A DNA stretch of 63,978 nt, counting the filler, from Vannella sp. (taxonomy: Eukaryota), in NCBI GenBank assembly GCA_023345925.1. It is 8 parts of 8 records of this genome, joined end to end, with 100 filler letters (N's around TTAATTAATTAA, not from the genome) between each part and the next. Parts side by side here need not be neighbours in the genome. Positions count along the whole stretch, not along the records: positions 44,764 to 58,312 come from JAJQQN010001262.1; 7 more parts are not named here. One strand, written 5' to 3'. The number at the start of each line of letters is the position of its first letter. The stretch's first letter is position 1. The translations under genes and the position numbers were made by a program. The notes under the pieces are model-generated. The model made no database searches and was not told where the DNA came from. It was given only the letters and a program-made list of their open reading frames with translations. Positions 46,094 through 58,412 of this stretch are shown here, piece after piece.

Positions 46094-46867
46094 CTAGTAA
46101 ACATCCTTATTGATTGCGGTGTTGCAAAGGAAAGTGGTGCCCAAATACTGTTTGATGTTGGGCTTGGTCCATCCCCCAAATGGCTCAAAGTCAGTCAAAG
46201 TAGAGAAACCGTCAATGCTCTGCCACCACAACTGGCGAGAGGAGAACTGAGGAGAATCACACATGATCACACTCCAATCGCTTGGAGAAGTGAAGATGCC
46301 CGCGCATGTCGACATGCCGCATCCGCGATACAACGAATCCACTGTAGAGAGAGCCTCCTGAAGCCAAGCTTGGTTGGAAGAGCATGTGCTGTTCCAGTAT
46401 TGCTGCCCCATCACTTGGATCCAAAGGAAGTTCTTGGTAAGGACGCCACTGTCCCTCATTGCGTTCACTAGGACACTCATCTGAGCAGAAGCACTCTGTT
46501 TGGGGTTTGGAAAGAGGTAGACATCCACGTTGGCGATGTACTCTCGCGCGTTACTCATGACAGTCTTCACTATGCGCCGGTCAACCCCTTTTGTGTCAAC
46601 ACTAGGCGCACCTACGAGAGGAGCTGAGCGTGCCATTGGTACCCTCTGTAGCCTCCACAATTCCAAACTGAAAGCCGTTGCTCTTGAGGCAAGAGAAGTC
46701 CCTGGCTGGGATCAATCCAAAGAAGGAGCTCACATCAAACCCTGACGCCGCTAACATCCAGTCAACACTTCTCCGTCAGTTGCATCTTTGAGAGATTCTT
46801 CTCACCTACCTCCTTGAGTCGTTATCGCGAGGAATCCCAGCCAAAGGAGAGTGAAGCGGGCCTGCAT
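46094..46867 (-). CDS. Secreted GH25-like (protist/nematode-type) lysozyme homologue, 3 exons
   Basis: Signal MQARFTLLWLGFLAITTQG, GFDVS...FSCLKSNGFQFGIV, VDVYLFP, FEPFGGWTKPNIKQY. Confidence 0.85.
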
Positions 46868-47044
46868 AAGACCGAGTCAGTCTGGAGAATGGCCTTAATG
46901 GCGGCCTTCACATCAATTCACCTTCTCACTACTTGGTTCATTCCCGTGTTATCATGCTGGCACTCAAATCGTGGGGATTTGTGGATGGGCGGGAAAAAAG
47001 GACAACGACTGGCTCAGAGCCGTTGGTGATCATCTCTTTGCGAT

Positions 47045-47632
47045 ATGGAAGCACTCCGCACGGCCTACCTGGATCTCGTAGAGCTCCTCTCTACTCCTGT
47101 CACCTTCACGGATGCGGAACTACCATTGCTTCCGAATACAGTGGGCTCCTACGTGTTCCTGGTTGTTGGTGTGTTCTCTCTCTCCATCCTCTGGTCTCTG
47201 TGGACTGGAGATAATGCTCCATCCCGAGCTGTCCCCCAAAAGAAAGGCTCAAAACCTTCCGTAAAGGCCCCGCGACAAGCTCTCAAAGCTCCCAAAGACA
47301 AGTTTGACGTTCCCTCCTTGCCCAAGCGACTCCAAAAGACAACTGAGGAAGAGGAGGAAGAAACTGCGGAGGAAATAAGCGAAACCGAGACGGAAACGTG
47401 TTCCTCCGCCTTCTCCAGCCAAGTGGACCTGAGGAGCGTCACCGAGTCCGATTTTTCAGTGGATCCTTTCAGTTCCCGTGGCGACGTGACTGACTCTTCT
47501 TCATTAGACGATGGGTCCTTTCATGAGTCTCCCAAATATGATTACAAAAAAAAGCCGCTTTTCGCACACGGAGCCTCAATTCGACCAATCAGCAACCTCA
47601 CAAAATCGAACCTCAATCGCGATGCTTCTTAG
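47045..47632 (+). CDS. Hypothetical single-TM protein with acidic/Ser-rich tail
   Basis: 195-aa ORF with one hydrophobic helix (YVFLVVGVFSLSILWSLW). Confidence 0.6.
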   Translation: MEALRTAYLDLVELLSTPVTFTDAELPLLPNTVGSYVFLVVGVFSLSILWSLWTGDNAPSRAVPQKKGSKPSVKAPRQALKAPKDKFDVPSLPKRLQKTTEEEEEETAEEISETETETCSSAFSSQVDLRSVTESDFSVDPFSSRGDVTDSSSLDDGSFHESPKYDYKKKPLFAHGASIRPISNLTKSNLNRDAS

Positions 47633-47683
47633 AATACTTCCTTATTTATACAGAACTTGTTTTCAGTTCTTCTTGACTTTCGG

Positions 47684-48595
47684 ATGTGGGCAACCTCCTT
47701 TACGCCAGTCGACGCGGCGTCAAGTTCGGGATCGAGTTGGACCGTTCCTTCCCCTGCAGCGGTTCCCTCTCCATTTTCCTTCTCTGACTCGTGGACTTCC
47801 CCTCTTGTTGGTTACACTCCCTCTCCTTTCACCTCCTTTGTTACCAAAGACGTGGGTCTCCATCCTTCCTTGTCCCAGAATACTGGATTCACTCAAGTCT
47901 CCAACCATGTGTGGAGTGGTCCCACTCAAGTTACCCCTCAGCCTCAGCCTCAGGTCCAACCGGAGGTCGAGGACAAGTTGGGCTCCTCCATCGAGGAGGA
48001 GATTTCTGGGCAGAACTTGTACAAGACAGAGCTCTGTCGTTCTTTCGAGGAGACTGGAAACTGCCGCTACGGTGTGAAGTGCCAGTTTGCCCACGGAAAG
48101 GCCGACTTGCGTCCCGTTCTCCGCCATCCCAAGTACAAGACTGAAGTTTGTAAGACCTTCTACGCCCGTGGAACCTGCCCCTATGGTCGCCGTTGTCGCT
48201 TTATTCACTCTGTTCCCAAGCCTGACCCAGCTCCCGTTTCCACACCAGCCCCCAGCACCGTCGAACGAGAGCCATTCGCCCCTCGTAACACTTCTCCCTT
48301 CTTCCAGAACCCCAACTTGATGCCTTCTACAGGATATGAACCTCTCTTCGACAGCTTCCACCAAGCAAACGCAACTCGCCCCACTTTCCCTCACTCAGTT
48401 CCCTCCCCCTGGGAAGCTCCCCTGGCTCCATCTCCTGTGGACTACACTGGCGTATCTGGTCCCTCCTGGGCCATGCCTCCCCAGCCGAGGACTATTGAGC
48501 CGGTGCTTGTGATTCCCACTCACCAGATGCCGCACCCAGCTGTGGCTCCCGTCCCCGAAGGGCGGGGGCGTCTCTCCTTCTTCAGGAGCATGTAA
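47684..48595 (+). CDS. Tristetraprolin/ZFP36-like tandem CCCH zinc-finger protein
   Basis: LYKTELC-x8-C-x5-C-x3-H and KYKTEVC-x8-C-x5-C-x3-H; C-terminal RLSFFRSM resembles the NOT1-binding motif. Confidence 0.93.
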   Translation: MWATSFTPVDAASSSGSSWTVPSPAAVPSPFSFSDSWTSPLVGYTPSPFTSFVTKDVGLHPSLSQNTGFTQVSNHVWSGPTQVTPQPQPQVQPEVEDKLGSSIEEEISGQNLYKTELCRSFEETGNCRYGVKCQFAHGKADLRPVLRHPKYKTEVCKTFYARGTCPYGRRCRFIHSVPKPDPAPVSTPAPSTVEREPFAPRNTSPFFQNPNLMPSTGYEPLFDSFHQANATRPTFPHSVPSPWEAPLAPSPVDYTGVSGPSWAMPPQPRTIEPVLVIPTHQMPHPAVAPVPEGRGRLSFFRSM

Positions 48596-48638
48596 CTTCG
48601 TTCACAACGAAGGCATTGGTCAAGCGCAAGGTTCTGCC

Positions 48639-48736
48639 TATTTATTGCTCTTATTTACTCTTCTATTTACCCGGTGGCGTGCTGCGCCCTTTGTCCATGT
48701 CGTTCCTCTCCGTCAGTATTTATCGCGTCTATTTAA
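48639..48736 (+). promoter_or_regulatory. AU-rich element cluster in the presumed 3' UTR of the TTP-like gene
   Basis: TATTTA at 48639, 48652, 48664, 48717 and 48730, followed by AATAAA at 48741. Confidence 0.65.
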
Positions 48737-48838
48737 TCCAAATAAATAAATCCGATTATTTGTTCCAAAGCTTCCGTTTCCGAGTTTCCGAGAAGTTCTT
48801 TCAGAGAGGGCGTGTGTCCATTTTCTCTCGGCCGCTTC

Positions 48839-50230
48839 ATGTCTGAACGTTCTGCTCGGAGGAATAGGACTGAGGAGGTGGAGGGCTCCGGCCTTCCTGT
48901 TGGCTTTCTGATTGGAGTAACAGCTGTGGCGGGGTTCGCGGCCTTTGCTATGACCCGCTACAAGATTAGCAAGCCAGAGCAGTTCTTGGTCCGCACGGGA
49001 TTGGGCATTAAGGACATGGCAGTGTCACGAACAGGCTTTGTGTGGCCATTCCAAGACTCCTCGTTCATCTCCATGCACCCAGCCACGTACCAGTTCAATC
49101 TGCACAACATGTCCAAGGAGAAGGTGGAGTTCAACCTTCCTGTCGTCTTCACCGTCAGTCCCATTCACCCTTTGGAAGACCCTGAGGGCTTCAAACGCTT
49201 TGCGCAGATGATGAATGATCTCCCCGCGGAAGAGATCGAGAACATCGTCCGCGGTGTAGTTGAGGGAGAGACCCGTGGACTCACTGCTAACCTCACTGTG
49301 GAGGAAATGTTCAATGGCAAGGAGAAGTTCAAGCACGACGTCGTCAACAAGATCCAGATCGATTTGGCAAAGCTCGGCTTGCACGTGCTCAACGCGAACA
49401 TCAAAGAGATGAGCGACTACGACGAACACAACAAGTACTTCACGTACCGCAAGCAGAGAGCCATCGAGTCTGCCAACTACGAAGCGCAGGTCGAGGTGGC
49501 TGAGGCACGGAAAAACGGAGAGATTGGTCTGAAGGAGAACGAGAAGATCACTCGTGTTACCAATGCTTTGCTCAATGCTCAGTCCGTGATTGCTGAGAAT
49601 GAGCGCAAGGCTGAAGTGGCTCTATCCGATGCTCAACTTGAAGAGGCCAAGGCCCAGTCACGCCGCCGTTCGGAGGTCGCCAACATCGAAGCAACGATGG
49701 CTGCTCGTTTGCGAGAGGCAGAAATGCAGGCTGCTATCGAGGTCAAGCGACAAGCACAACTTCTTGAGCAGCTTCGTGCGGACCAACTGGCTCACACAAA
49801 GGTGAAGGCTGAGCAAGCCATCGCAGAGGCAGAGGGACAGGCTTCCTCCATCCGTCACCTGGCTGACGCTCATCTGTACGAAGAGCAAAAGAAGGCTGAA
49901 TCCATCCAGATCACTCTCGCTGCTCACAGCGCAGGTTTGGATGCGATCATGAACGCCTGCCACGGGGATTCCTCCACCGCGAAGTTCTACTTGGGCTTGA
50001 AAGAGGGCATCTACGAGAAGTTGGCTCAGCACCAGGCTGCTGCTGTTGCAGGCATGCAACCCAAGATCAGTGTGTGGAACACTGGACCTAATGCTGGTGA
50101 ATCCGACCCTCTTGCTCCCATATTGAAGACCGTTCAGTCTCTCGCCCCCATGCTTGACGGATTGCACAAGCACTCTGACTTCAAAGTCCCTTCCTGGCTC
50201 CTCCAAGAGAAGCCAGCCACCAAAGAGTAG
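48839..50230 (+). CDS. Flotillin-like SPFH protein (plant/fungal type), intronless
   Basis: MSKEKVEFNLPVVFT, VEGETRGL, NANIKEM, AEA-rich coiled coil, MQPKISVWNTG. Confidence 0.9.
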   Translation: MSERSARRNRTEEVEGSGLPVGFLIGVTAVAGFAAFAMTRYKISKPEQFLVRTGLGIKDMAVSRTGFVWPFQDSSFISMHPATYQFNLHNMSKEKVEFNLPVVFTVSPIHPLEDPEGFKRFAQMMNDLPAEEIENIVRGVVEGETRGLTANLTVEEMFNGKEKFKHDVVNKIQIDLAKLGLHVLNANIKEMSDYDEHNKYFTYRKQRAIESANYEAQVEVAEARKNGEIGLKENEKITRVTNALLNAQSVIAENERKAEVALSDAQLEEAKAQSRRRSEVANIEATMAARLREAEMQAAIEVKRQAQLLEQLRADQLAHTKVKAEQAIAEAEGQASSIRHLADAHLYEEQKKAESIQITLAAHSAGLDAIMNACHGDSSTAKFYLGLKEGIYEKLAQHQAAAVAGMQPKISVWNTGPNAGESDPLAPILKTVQSLAPMLDGLHKHSDFKVPSWLLQEKPATKE

Positions 50231-50334
50231 ATTAACTTCTCAATACAGGCTCACCACACACCCACAAGGGCCTTACTGTGGGGGAAAACAAAGTTTACTG
50301 CCCACTCGAAGTGGAGAGAGCGGGGAGAGACCGT

Positions 50335-52800
50335 TTAGGCCTCAAACTCGATGATGATGGCATCGACACTGAGATTGTCGCCTTCCTTGCACTCGATTGA
50401 CTTGACAACGCGGTCAGTCTCAGCTCGGAGCACGTTCTGCATCTTCATTGCCTCGATGACAGCGAGCTGTTGGCCGGCAGCGACCTTGTCGCCCACGGAC
50501 ACGTTGAGGGAGATCACCTTTCCGGGCATGGGGGAGAGCAGGAAGTTCTTGTAGTCCGCCTCGACCACTTCTGGCATGAACTGTGAAAGGCTGTGTTGAA
50601 TGGCAGTCTGTGCGGTGATGTCAACCTTCTGGCCGCAGTACTGAACAAGGAAGCCGTTGTGGGTTTCCTTCAACACTTGCAAAGAAGCGATGCTCGAGTC
50701 AATTTGGAGGTTGAGCACGTTCTTGCCGTACTGCCAGTCGTAGTTGACATCGTGGGAAGTGTTGAAGAAGCTAATGCGAGCCTGTCCATAGGCGTCATCC
50801 TCCACCTCCTCGAACTCGACATCGTAGTCCTTGCCCTGAACGTTCACAACCATCGAGGACACTGAAGGGATGTCCTCTGAGAGAGAGCCCAACTGCCCAC
50901 TGATCGAGTTGGCTCGGCGCACGTTCTCGTATCGAATGACAGCAGCTGCGCACACGAGAGACTCAAGTTGAGTTGTCGTGAAGGGATAGCCCTGGAAGCC
51001 TTCTGGGTACTCTTCCTGGATGAACTTGGTGCTGATATCACCCGAGATGAAGCGTTTGTGGTCCATCAGAGTGCGCAAGAAGGAGATGTTGTGCTCCACA
51101 CCAGCAATGCGGTAAGTGTCGAGCGCTTTTCTCATACGTTCGATGGCAGTTGCACGGTCTTCTCCATACGTTACAAGCTTGGAGACTAGGGGATGGTGAG
51201 TCAAGCATGAAGGGTCAGGAGATCAACTCACTCATGGGGTCGTAGAACATGCTGATCTCGCTTCCCTCCGCAATGCCGCTGTCCACACGCACATTACCGC
51301 AGCTGACATCAGGCTCCTCGTAGGTTGTCAACGTTCCGATCTATCGCTAGTCAGTCTCAAACGCAGGAGGGGATGGCAAAGGAAGCTTACGGAAGGAAGG
51401 AAGTTGCGATAAGGATCCTCTGCGTAGACGCGGCTCTCCACAGCCCATCCCTTCAGCTGCACATCGGACTGCTTGATCATCAACCTCTCTCCAGCAGCTA
51501 CACGAATCATTTGCTCGACGATATCGACTCCAGTAATGTACTCGGTGATAGGATGCTCCACCTGAAGGCGCGTGTTCATCTCCAAGAAGTAGAAGTTACT
51601 CGCAGAGTCGACCAACATCTCCACAGTTCCTGCTGAGCGGTAGTTCACAGCATTGGCCAAAGCAACAGCTTGCGCTCCCATCTTGGCTCGCACCTCGGGG
51701 GTGATAAAGGAGCTTGGCGCTTCCTCTACCACCTTCTGGTTACGGCGTTGGATAGAGCACTCTCGCTCGTTCAAGTAGATCGTGTTTCCCTTGCCATCAG
51801 CCAGGATTTGGATCTCGATGTGGCGGGGATCGTCAATGAACTTCTCAATGAGCATTCGGTCGTCACCAAAGGAAGCTTGAGCCTCACGCTTGGAGACGTG
51901 GAACCCTTCCAGTGCCTCTTTGTCGTTCCAGGCGATGCGCATTCCCTTACCACCGCCACCGGCCGAAGCTTTGAGCATCACAGGGTAGCCAATCTGGTTC
52001 GCTAGCCACCTCCATTAGCCATAGATCGCAGGAGAGTATTGTCACGAACCAATCTTCAACACTTCGGCATCGTCATGGACTTCTCCCAAGTAGCCAGGGA
52101 TGACGCTGACACCGGCACTCTCCGCCAGCTTCTTCGACTCGATCTTGTCTCCCATTGCTACATTGAAGTGAGAAGACGGAAGAGAGCTTCAAAAGGGGCT
52201 CACCGTGAATCGCTCTGGTCTCAGGACCGATGAAAGCCACTCCAATTTCGTCAAGCGCCTTCACAAAGCCGGCATTCTCTGAAAGGAAGCCATAACCAGG
52301 GTGGACAGCTTGAGCACCGCTCTCCTTGATGACCTCAAGGATGCGGGGAACGTTCAAGTAGCTTGCAGAAGAAGCCGCAGGTCCCTTCGCACTCCATTAG
52401 CCGAGCACAGAGAGGAAGGAGGGCACAGCAAATACATACAACACAGAAGGACTCGTCTGCCATGCGAGTGTGGACTGCAGTGGCGTCAGGCTCAGAGTAG
52501 ATAGCGACGGTCTTGATGCCAAGTCGGTTGCAAGTGCGCATCACACGGCAGGCGATCTCTCCACGGTTTGCGATGAGGATCTTGTCAAAAAGCTAAAATA
52601 GAACATTCTCCCATGAGCCATGCCCAAGAGCGGGAGCCTGCAACGAACCTTCCCCTCAGTAGCAAACAATCGAGAAAGGACATTGTTGGGGGCGTATAAG
52701 GAGGCCTAAGAACATCACTGTCAGCAGCGCACTTGCATAAACAAGCATCCCTTCCGAAGAGAAAAGAACCCACCCTGGCAAGGTGAAAGCCGCGCAGCAT
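50335..52800 (-). CDS. PCCA: Propionyl-CoA carboxylase alpha subunit, mitochondrial, multi-exon
   Basis: [51 protein letters not shown], biotinyl EAMKMQN. Confidence 0.88.
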
Positions 52801-53169
52801 CGCCGAACACGAGCGAATGGACCAAAATAGACTTTGTTTGGTGATTGAATGATTTTGATTTGTGATCAATTTATTCTTCCTCAGAGTGTCATACTGTTTC
52901 CCACTTGATTGGCTGGTTTGAAAAAATGTGACCCTGAGATAGTAGCAGAAGGGATGGTTCGAGCGAGGCTTTCACCGCGTTCACCAAAACTACTCCTCAA
53001 AACCCTCCATGTACTTGTCGGAACCGCAATAGACATTCAGGGGAAGTGCTTCTGTGGTGGCGACTTAGGAAGTCTCCCGAAAGTCACTTTTGGCGGAACT
53101 GACATTCTGGAAGGGCGAGAAATGGAGCTTTGGGTGGCTTTTAAACGGTGTCCTAAAGGATGTTTAAGG

Positions 53170-54821
53170 TCAGATGTAATAGCATCCTTTTTGGTAGCAC
53201 GGTGGAAGCCATCTCTCTCGACCAGTGATGGGTGTGGCGAGATTATTGGGGTGGAACGGGTCATTTTGGTTATCAAATAGCTCTTCAGAAGTGATCTCAG
53301 AGTCGACAAAGCGTCTGAGAGAATCGTTTGGTCTATCTCGGATGGACCGTCCCGCCAGCTCAAACGCGCGGACCAGAGCTTCCTCAAACGTTGCCAAAGG
53401 AACCCGAATTTGAGCATTCTTTGCTGCGTGAACGCACCGATTGTCGTTGTTCTCGAACCCAGTTTGGTTGTGGCAATGATTAAACCAGTATTTCGAGTAC
53501 AATCCCCATCCATTGATCGCCTTGGGCTTGGCCCAGCTCCTCAGGGGGATGTAATTCAGGCCTGTGTTTGTTAACATAGGTTGAGAAGTACTGCTTTGAC
53601 AGAGGACTTACCTAAATGGCGGCAATGCCGCTCAAAAATCATGTTTTTCATCCCGTAAGGAAAAATCTCGATGACACTGGCATGGGATGGGAGGAACATG
53701 AGGTTCACTTCACCAGCACCATGTGCTATCACGTAGACATCAGCGTCCTGGAGTTCCTTGGCCTGCTCTCGAATAGGAAGGCCGACTTTAAACTCTGGTA
53801 TTACTTTACTCGAAAGCTGATAGTACTCTATCACCCTCTGCATATCGGGCAAGTTCTCAAAGGCCCTGGTCTTGTGACGAAAGGTGATGACAACATGTGG
53901 AAGAGGGCTCTTGGGGACTTGGAGCGGAATCTTCAAAGAAGTGAATAATGTTGTTCGGAAGACTTCAGCAGCTGCAGGGCCCGACCAAAACTGGGGCTTA
54001 TCCCCAACAAGAAATCCCTTTTTAAAGCAGATTGGATGGTCTTCTCCGATGGCGGCCAGATCCTGCTCAAAGTTCCAGGAGGCCCAAGCTCGCGTCTGTT
54101 TCTCCTGGAAGGCAAAGTAAACATCATATTGCCATCCCCCTGGTATAGTGTCGACAAGAGCAAAGGTATGGGCGAGGGGAGGAAGGGATTGAGGCAGCAT
54201 TCTCTTCCACCAGGCCAGTTCCATGTACAGAGAAGAGTCCTTCATGAGATAGTAGGGATTCCCCCAGGCCATCTGAGCGCGACTAATGTAGACAGCGCCT
54301 TCCAGGAAGGTCACTTTGGAGGGTTCCAGAGTGGCAGGGTTGAGCCGTTTCAGATTGAACCACATGTCAGTGTCTGTGTAAGGTACTACAGAGGGCATTG
54401 GGACTGGATATTGCAAGGGAAGTCTATATCGAGACTCATAGTGGGAGGGGCGTCCGGGAGAGCTCGTTGCTGGTCCAACGGGGACGGAAGGGTCCAAGAA
54501 CATCAGCGATTGGCCTCCATCGAAGCAGATGTGGTCGTATTGGCAGATACCAGACATATCAGGAAGCTCCATGCACCTGATCGTGGTGTTCCAATCCTCA
54601 AATTCGATCTCAGGAGGCAGTGGAGTAGAGGATGGCACTTTGTCTGGCGAAGTCTGCCTCTGAACCGCAGCAACAGTTCGTGTCACCGTCACAGTGTGCA
54701 ACTCCATATACACTTCAGGACATATGTTGTTTTCCATCGGTCGACCCAACTCGCCCCACAACAGCAGGAACGCACATCCCAAAGAAAGAACAACAAGTCC
54801 ACCAACCACCTTCTCCCGCAT
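53170..54821 (-). CDS. GT61/DUF563-family glycosyltransferase (type II membrane), 2 exons
   Basis: Signal anchor; RHKTRAFEN, EQAKELQDADVYVIAHGAGEVNLMFLP, VIEIFPY. Confidence 0.85.
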
Positions 54822-54957
54822 AACAGCGATGCCAAACAATAAAAGAATTTCTCAAAGGAATCGTAATCGTGCGTCATAACGCTTTCGGTGTTTGTCCCAT
54901 AACCGAAATTTGGGATGGAAGCGGACTTTTCGGTTCATTCTTTGTTCATCCTTCGCC

Positions 54958-57354
54958 ATGCCAGCTGTGCTCTCCAAGATGGAGCTTGCACGCTCTGTGG
55001 CGTTGGAGGTACTTTGGAAGAATGCCAACTGGAAGAGCGCACTCATGGCGGCGGGGGTTGGTGCTGGATCGGTAATGTTGTTGCGGGGAATCCGGAGGGA
55101 TCGACAATCCTCCACTGCCTCTGCAACGGACAAGTTGCTGAAGGAGAGCGTGGACAAGGGCAAGACTGAGCAAGAAAAAGAGCGATCTCGCAAACAAAGA
55201 AGCTTCTGGCAACGCTTGAAAGTCATCATCTACATCATCTGCCCCGGAGTTGGCACGAAAGAGGCTTGGTTTCTCTTCCTGCTCTCTGCCCTCTTGATTG
55301 GTAGGATACAGCCATTTCTCACATAACTATTGTATCTCTTACCACCCTCAAATAGCGCGAACGGTCTTCAGTGTCGTAACAGCGGAGTTGGTGGGAAACA
55401 ATGTGATGAGTCTCGTTCAACGTAACCTCTTTGGGGCATTCAATGGCACTCTCACCTTTGTTCTTTTGTCCATTCCTGCCTCCTTCATCAACAGGTACGT
55501 GCTTTCAACACTGCAATGGACCAAGAGAGAAACTAAGCTTCTCCTCTCCCTTTTAGCTACATCAAGCTTGTGAGTCAGGTTCTGGCTATTCGCTTCAGAG
55601 TTCGTTTGAGCAAGAAGGTCAATCAACAGTACATCAAAGGCGTCAACTTCTACGCCGCTTGCAACCTTCAAGGCATTCGGGACGTGTAAGTCGTCTGCAA
55701 GATCGTTGCAACATGGCTCTCACCACTGCAACAGCGATGAGAGAGTTACTAACGACATCAAGTTGTTCTCTGAAGAGATTGCGGGACTCTTCTCATCGAT
55801 CTTTAAGCCCATCTTGGACATCATTCTGTTTACCAACCAGCTCCGTCTCCTGACAGGATGGCAAGGGCCAGCCTTCATGTACAGCTACTTCTTTGTATCA
55901 GCTCTCATCAAGCGCTTGATCAACCGCCGAGCCAAGTTCGGAAAGGTTTGAAACTCCCTCTCGCCCTCTTCCCTCCCAAGCCTGACGGTGCTTGCAGCTC
56001 GTCGCAGGAGAGTCTGCTCGGGAAGGTCGTTACCGAACAGCACATCAAAGACTGATCACCAACTCGGAAGAGATCGCCTTCTACGACGGAAGTGAGCGCG
56101 AGTTGAACCTTGTCAACAACTCTCTTCGAGAGCTTTACGGCTTCGCTCGCAACCAACGTTATGTACGCGCAGCAGTTGACTGTAAGAGACCCTTAGAACC
56201 CTCTACGACCTCCTAACAAGGGGAAAGTGGGGGATCAGTTGCTCATCAAGTACTGGGCGACGATTGCCGGCTATTTCGTGATGTGGATTCCCATCATCCG
56301 AAACAGTGAGCCGAACAAGTCTTCCAGTGAACTGACACGTGACTACGCACGAGTCAGCCGCTACCTCCAGAACGTTTCAGCTGCAGTGGGCGAGCTTGTG
56401 CTGGTCATCAACACTCTCTCTACCATCTCTGGCCGCACCCGTCGAGTGTCTGAGCTTCTTGAAACTGTAGAAGAGCTCGACCGTAACCCCACACCGCCGT
56501 TCGTCCGCAAAGAGGAGGTGCGAGTACGTTCGGTCAATCCTCACTTGGAAGGGATTGAGCAGTGGCTCGGGCTCTGGAAGGAACGATGTGACAAGGAGTA
56601 CCAAGAACGTATCAACAGTACCTCGCAAGAGAAGGTGCGCCACTTGAAGAACGGAGGAACGTACATCCAAGGAGAGATTCTCAGCTTCGAAGGTGTGGAC
56701 ATTATCTCTCCAGAGGGGACTTGTCTTGCCAAGAATCTCAACTTCAAGGTGAAACATCAACAGAACGTGATGATTACTGGCCCCAATGGCTGCGGAAAGA
56801 GCTCCCTCTTCCGTGTAGTAGGAGAGTTGTGGCCTTTGAGCTGTGGCACGCTCGTCAAGCCCCCCAAAGAGGACTTTTTGTTTGTCCCACAGAAGCCTTA
56901 CCTTGTGTCGGGGACCATGAGGGACCAAGTGATCTACCCGCACTCTAAAGAGGACATGATGGCTCGTGGAGTTACCGATGCCGATCTAGCGCGCTTACTG
57001 GCTCTCGTTGATCCCGCGAACGACATTCTTAGTACGTGGTCCTTCGAGGACGAGAAAGACTGGTTCCGCGCCTTCTCTGGCGGTCAGAAGCAGCGAGTGG
57101 CAATGGCCCGCGTGTTCTACCACCGCCCTGCGTACGCCATCCTCGACGAATGTACGTCTGCTGTATCATCTGAGGTCGAACACTCCATCTACGAGGTTGG
57201 AAACAAGCTGGGAATCACCCTCTTTACTGTCTCCCACCGCGAGTCCCTCCGCCGACACCACAAGTTCGTCCTTTACATTGAGGGTGACGAAGGCAAATGG
57301 AATCTTACCGACATCAGTGAACACTACAGTGATGCGCAAGGGGAAAAGCAATAA
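54958..57354 (+). CDS. Peroxisomal ABCD half-transporter, multi-exon
   Basis: EGRYRTAHQRLITNSEEIAFYDG, GPNGCGKSSLFR, FSGGQKQR, ILDECTSAVS. Confidence 0.93.
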
Positions 57355-57492
57355 ACATCCAAGGACTGAGAACCTGACCAAAAGGAAAAAGAATCTTCCA
57401 AAACCAATTCGATCGCACAAGAAAGGGGAATTCTCTGAAGCACTCTTTGCCAGCCCAACCACAGTCCACAGCAACCTTTATCAACAAGAGCG

Positions 57493-58239
57493 ATGGCAGA
57501 AGTGGAGAGTTGGATGCATGATTTGAGAAGCGGAAAGCTTCTTCAGATAGATGAGGTTACCAAGTTGTGCGATCAGGTGAGAGAGGACCCAAAGAGACCT
57601 CCTGTCTAACGAATCTCTTTTGAACGCGTAGGCAAAGGAGGTTCTTGTCAGAGAACCCAACCTTTGTCAGGTTCCAAGCCCAGTGACTGTTTGTGGAGAC
57701 ATTCACGGTCAGTTCTCCGACTTGAACGAGCTATTCAGAGTGTTCGGAGAAGTTCCTCAAACCAACTTCCTGTTCCTCGGTGACTACGTCGATCGAGGCC
57801 CGCAGTCAGTTGAGACAATCTCTCTACTATTGGCTCTGAAAGTGAGATATCCAAGTCACATCACACTCCTACGAGCCTCCCATGAGACCAGGGAAATATC
57901 TCAAGTGTCAGTACCTCTTCACTGCCACTCATCGACAACTAACAGTGTTTTCATTGAAGCTATGGGTTCTACGACGAGTGTATGGCCAAGTATGGAAGCT
58001 CTTCAGCATGGAACTCCTTTTGCGACGTGTTTAGCTTCCTTCCACTTGCTGCAGTGATAGACTCAAAGGTAGTTTAATCGACCAGTCAAGATAGAATACC
58101 TTCTGAGTGGGTTTGCCAGATCTTTTGTGCCCACGGGGGCTTCTCATCGGGGACAAGGTCCCGGATTTTTCACACTTTTCCTCTGGTTGGCTGGAGCTCC
58201 AAAAATTCCTTGAATCAGCCCAAATACGTCATGCTTTGA
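57493..58239 (+). pseudogene. PP2A/PP4/PP6-like PPP phosphatase, degenerate and apparently truncated
   Basis: GDIHGQ and GDYVDRG are intact, but RGNHE reads RASHE; similarity ends just after HGG (~58145) and a stop follows at 58237-58239. Confidence 0.65.
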
Positions 58240-58312
58240 ATAGATGATGCATGACTGTAAAATGGTCCATCTTTATGTTGGTGCTCAGTGTGGAATTGGC
58301 TCCACATTTCTT

Positions 58313-58412
58313 NNNNNNNNNNNNNNNNNNNNNNNNNNNNNNNNNNNNNNNNNNNNTTAATTAATTAANNNNNNNNNNNNNNNNNNNNNNNNNNNNNNNN
58401 NNNNNNNNNNNN
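58313..58412. other. Artificial contig spacer
   Basis: 44N-TTAATTAATTAA-44N. Confidence 0.99.
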
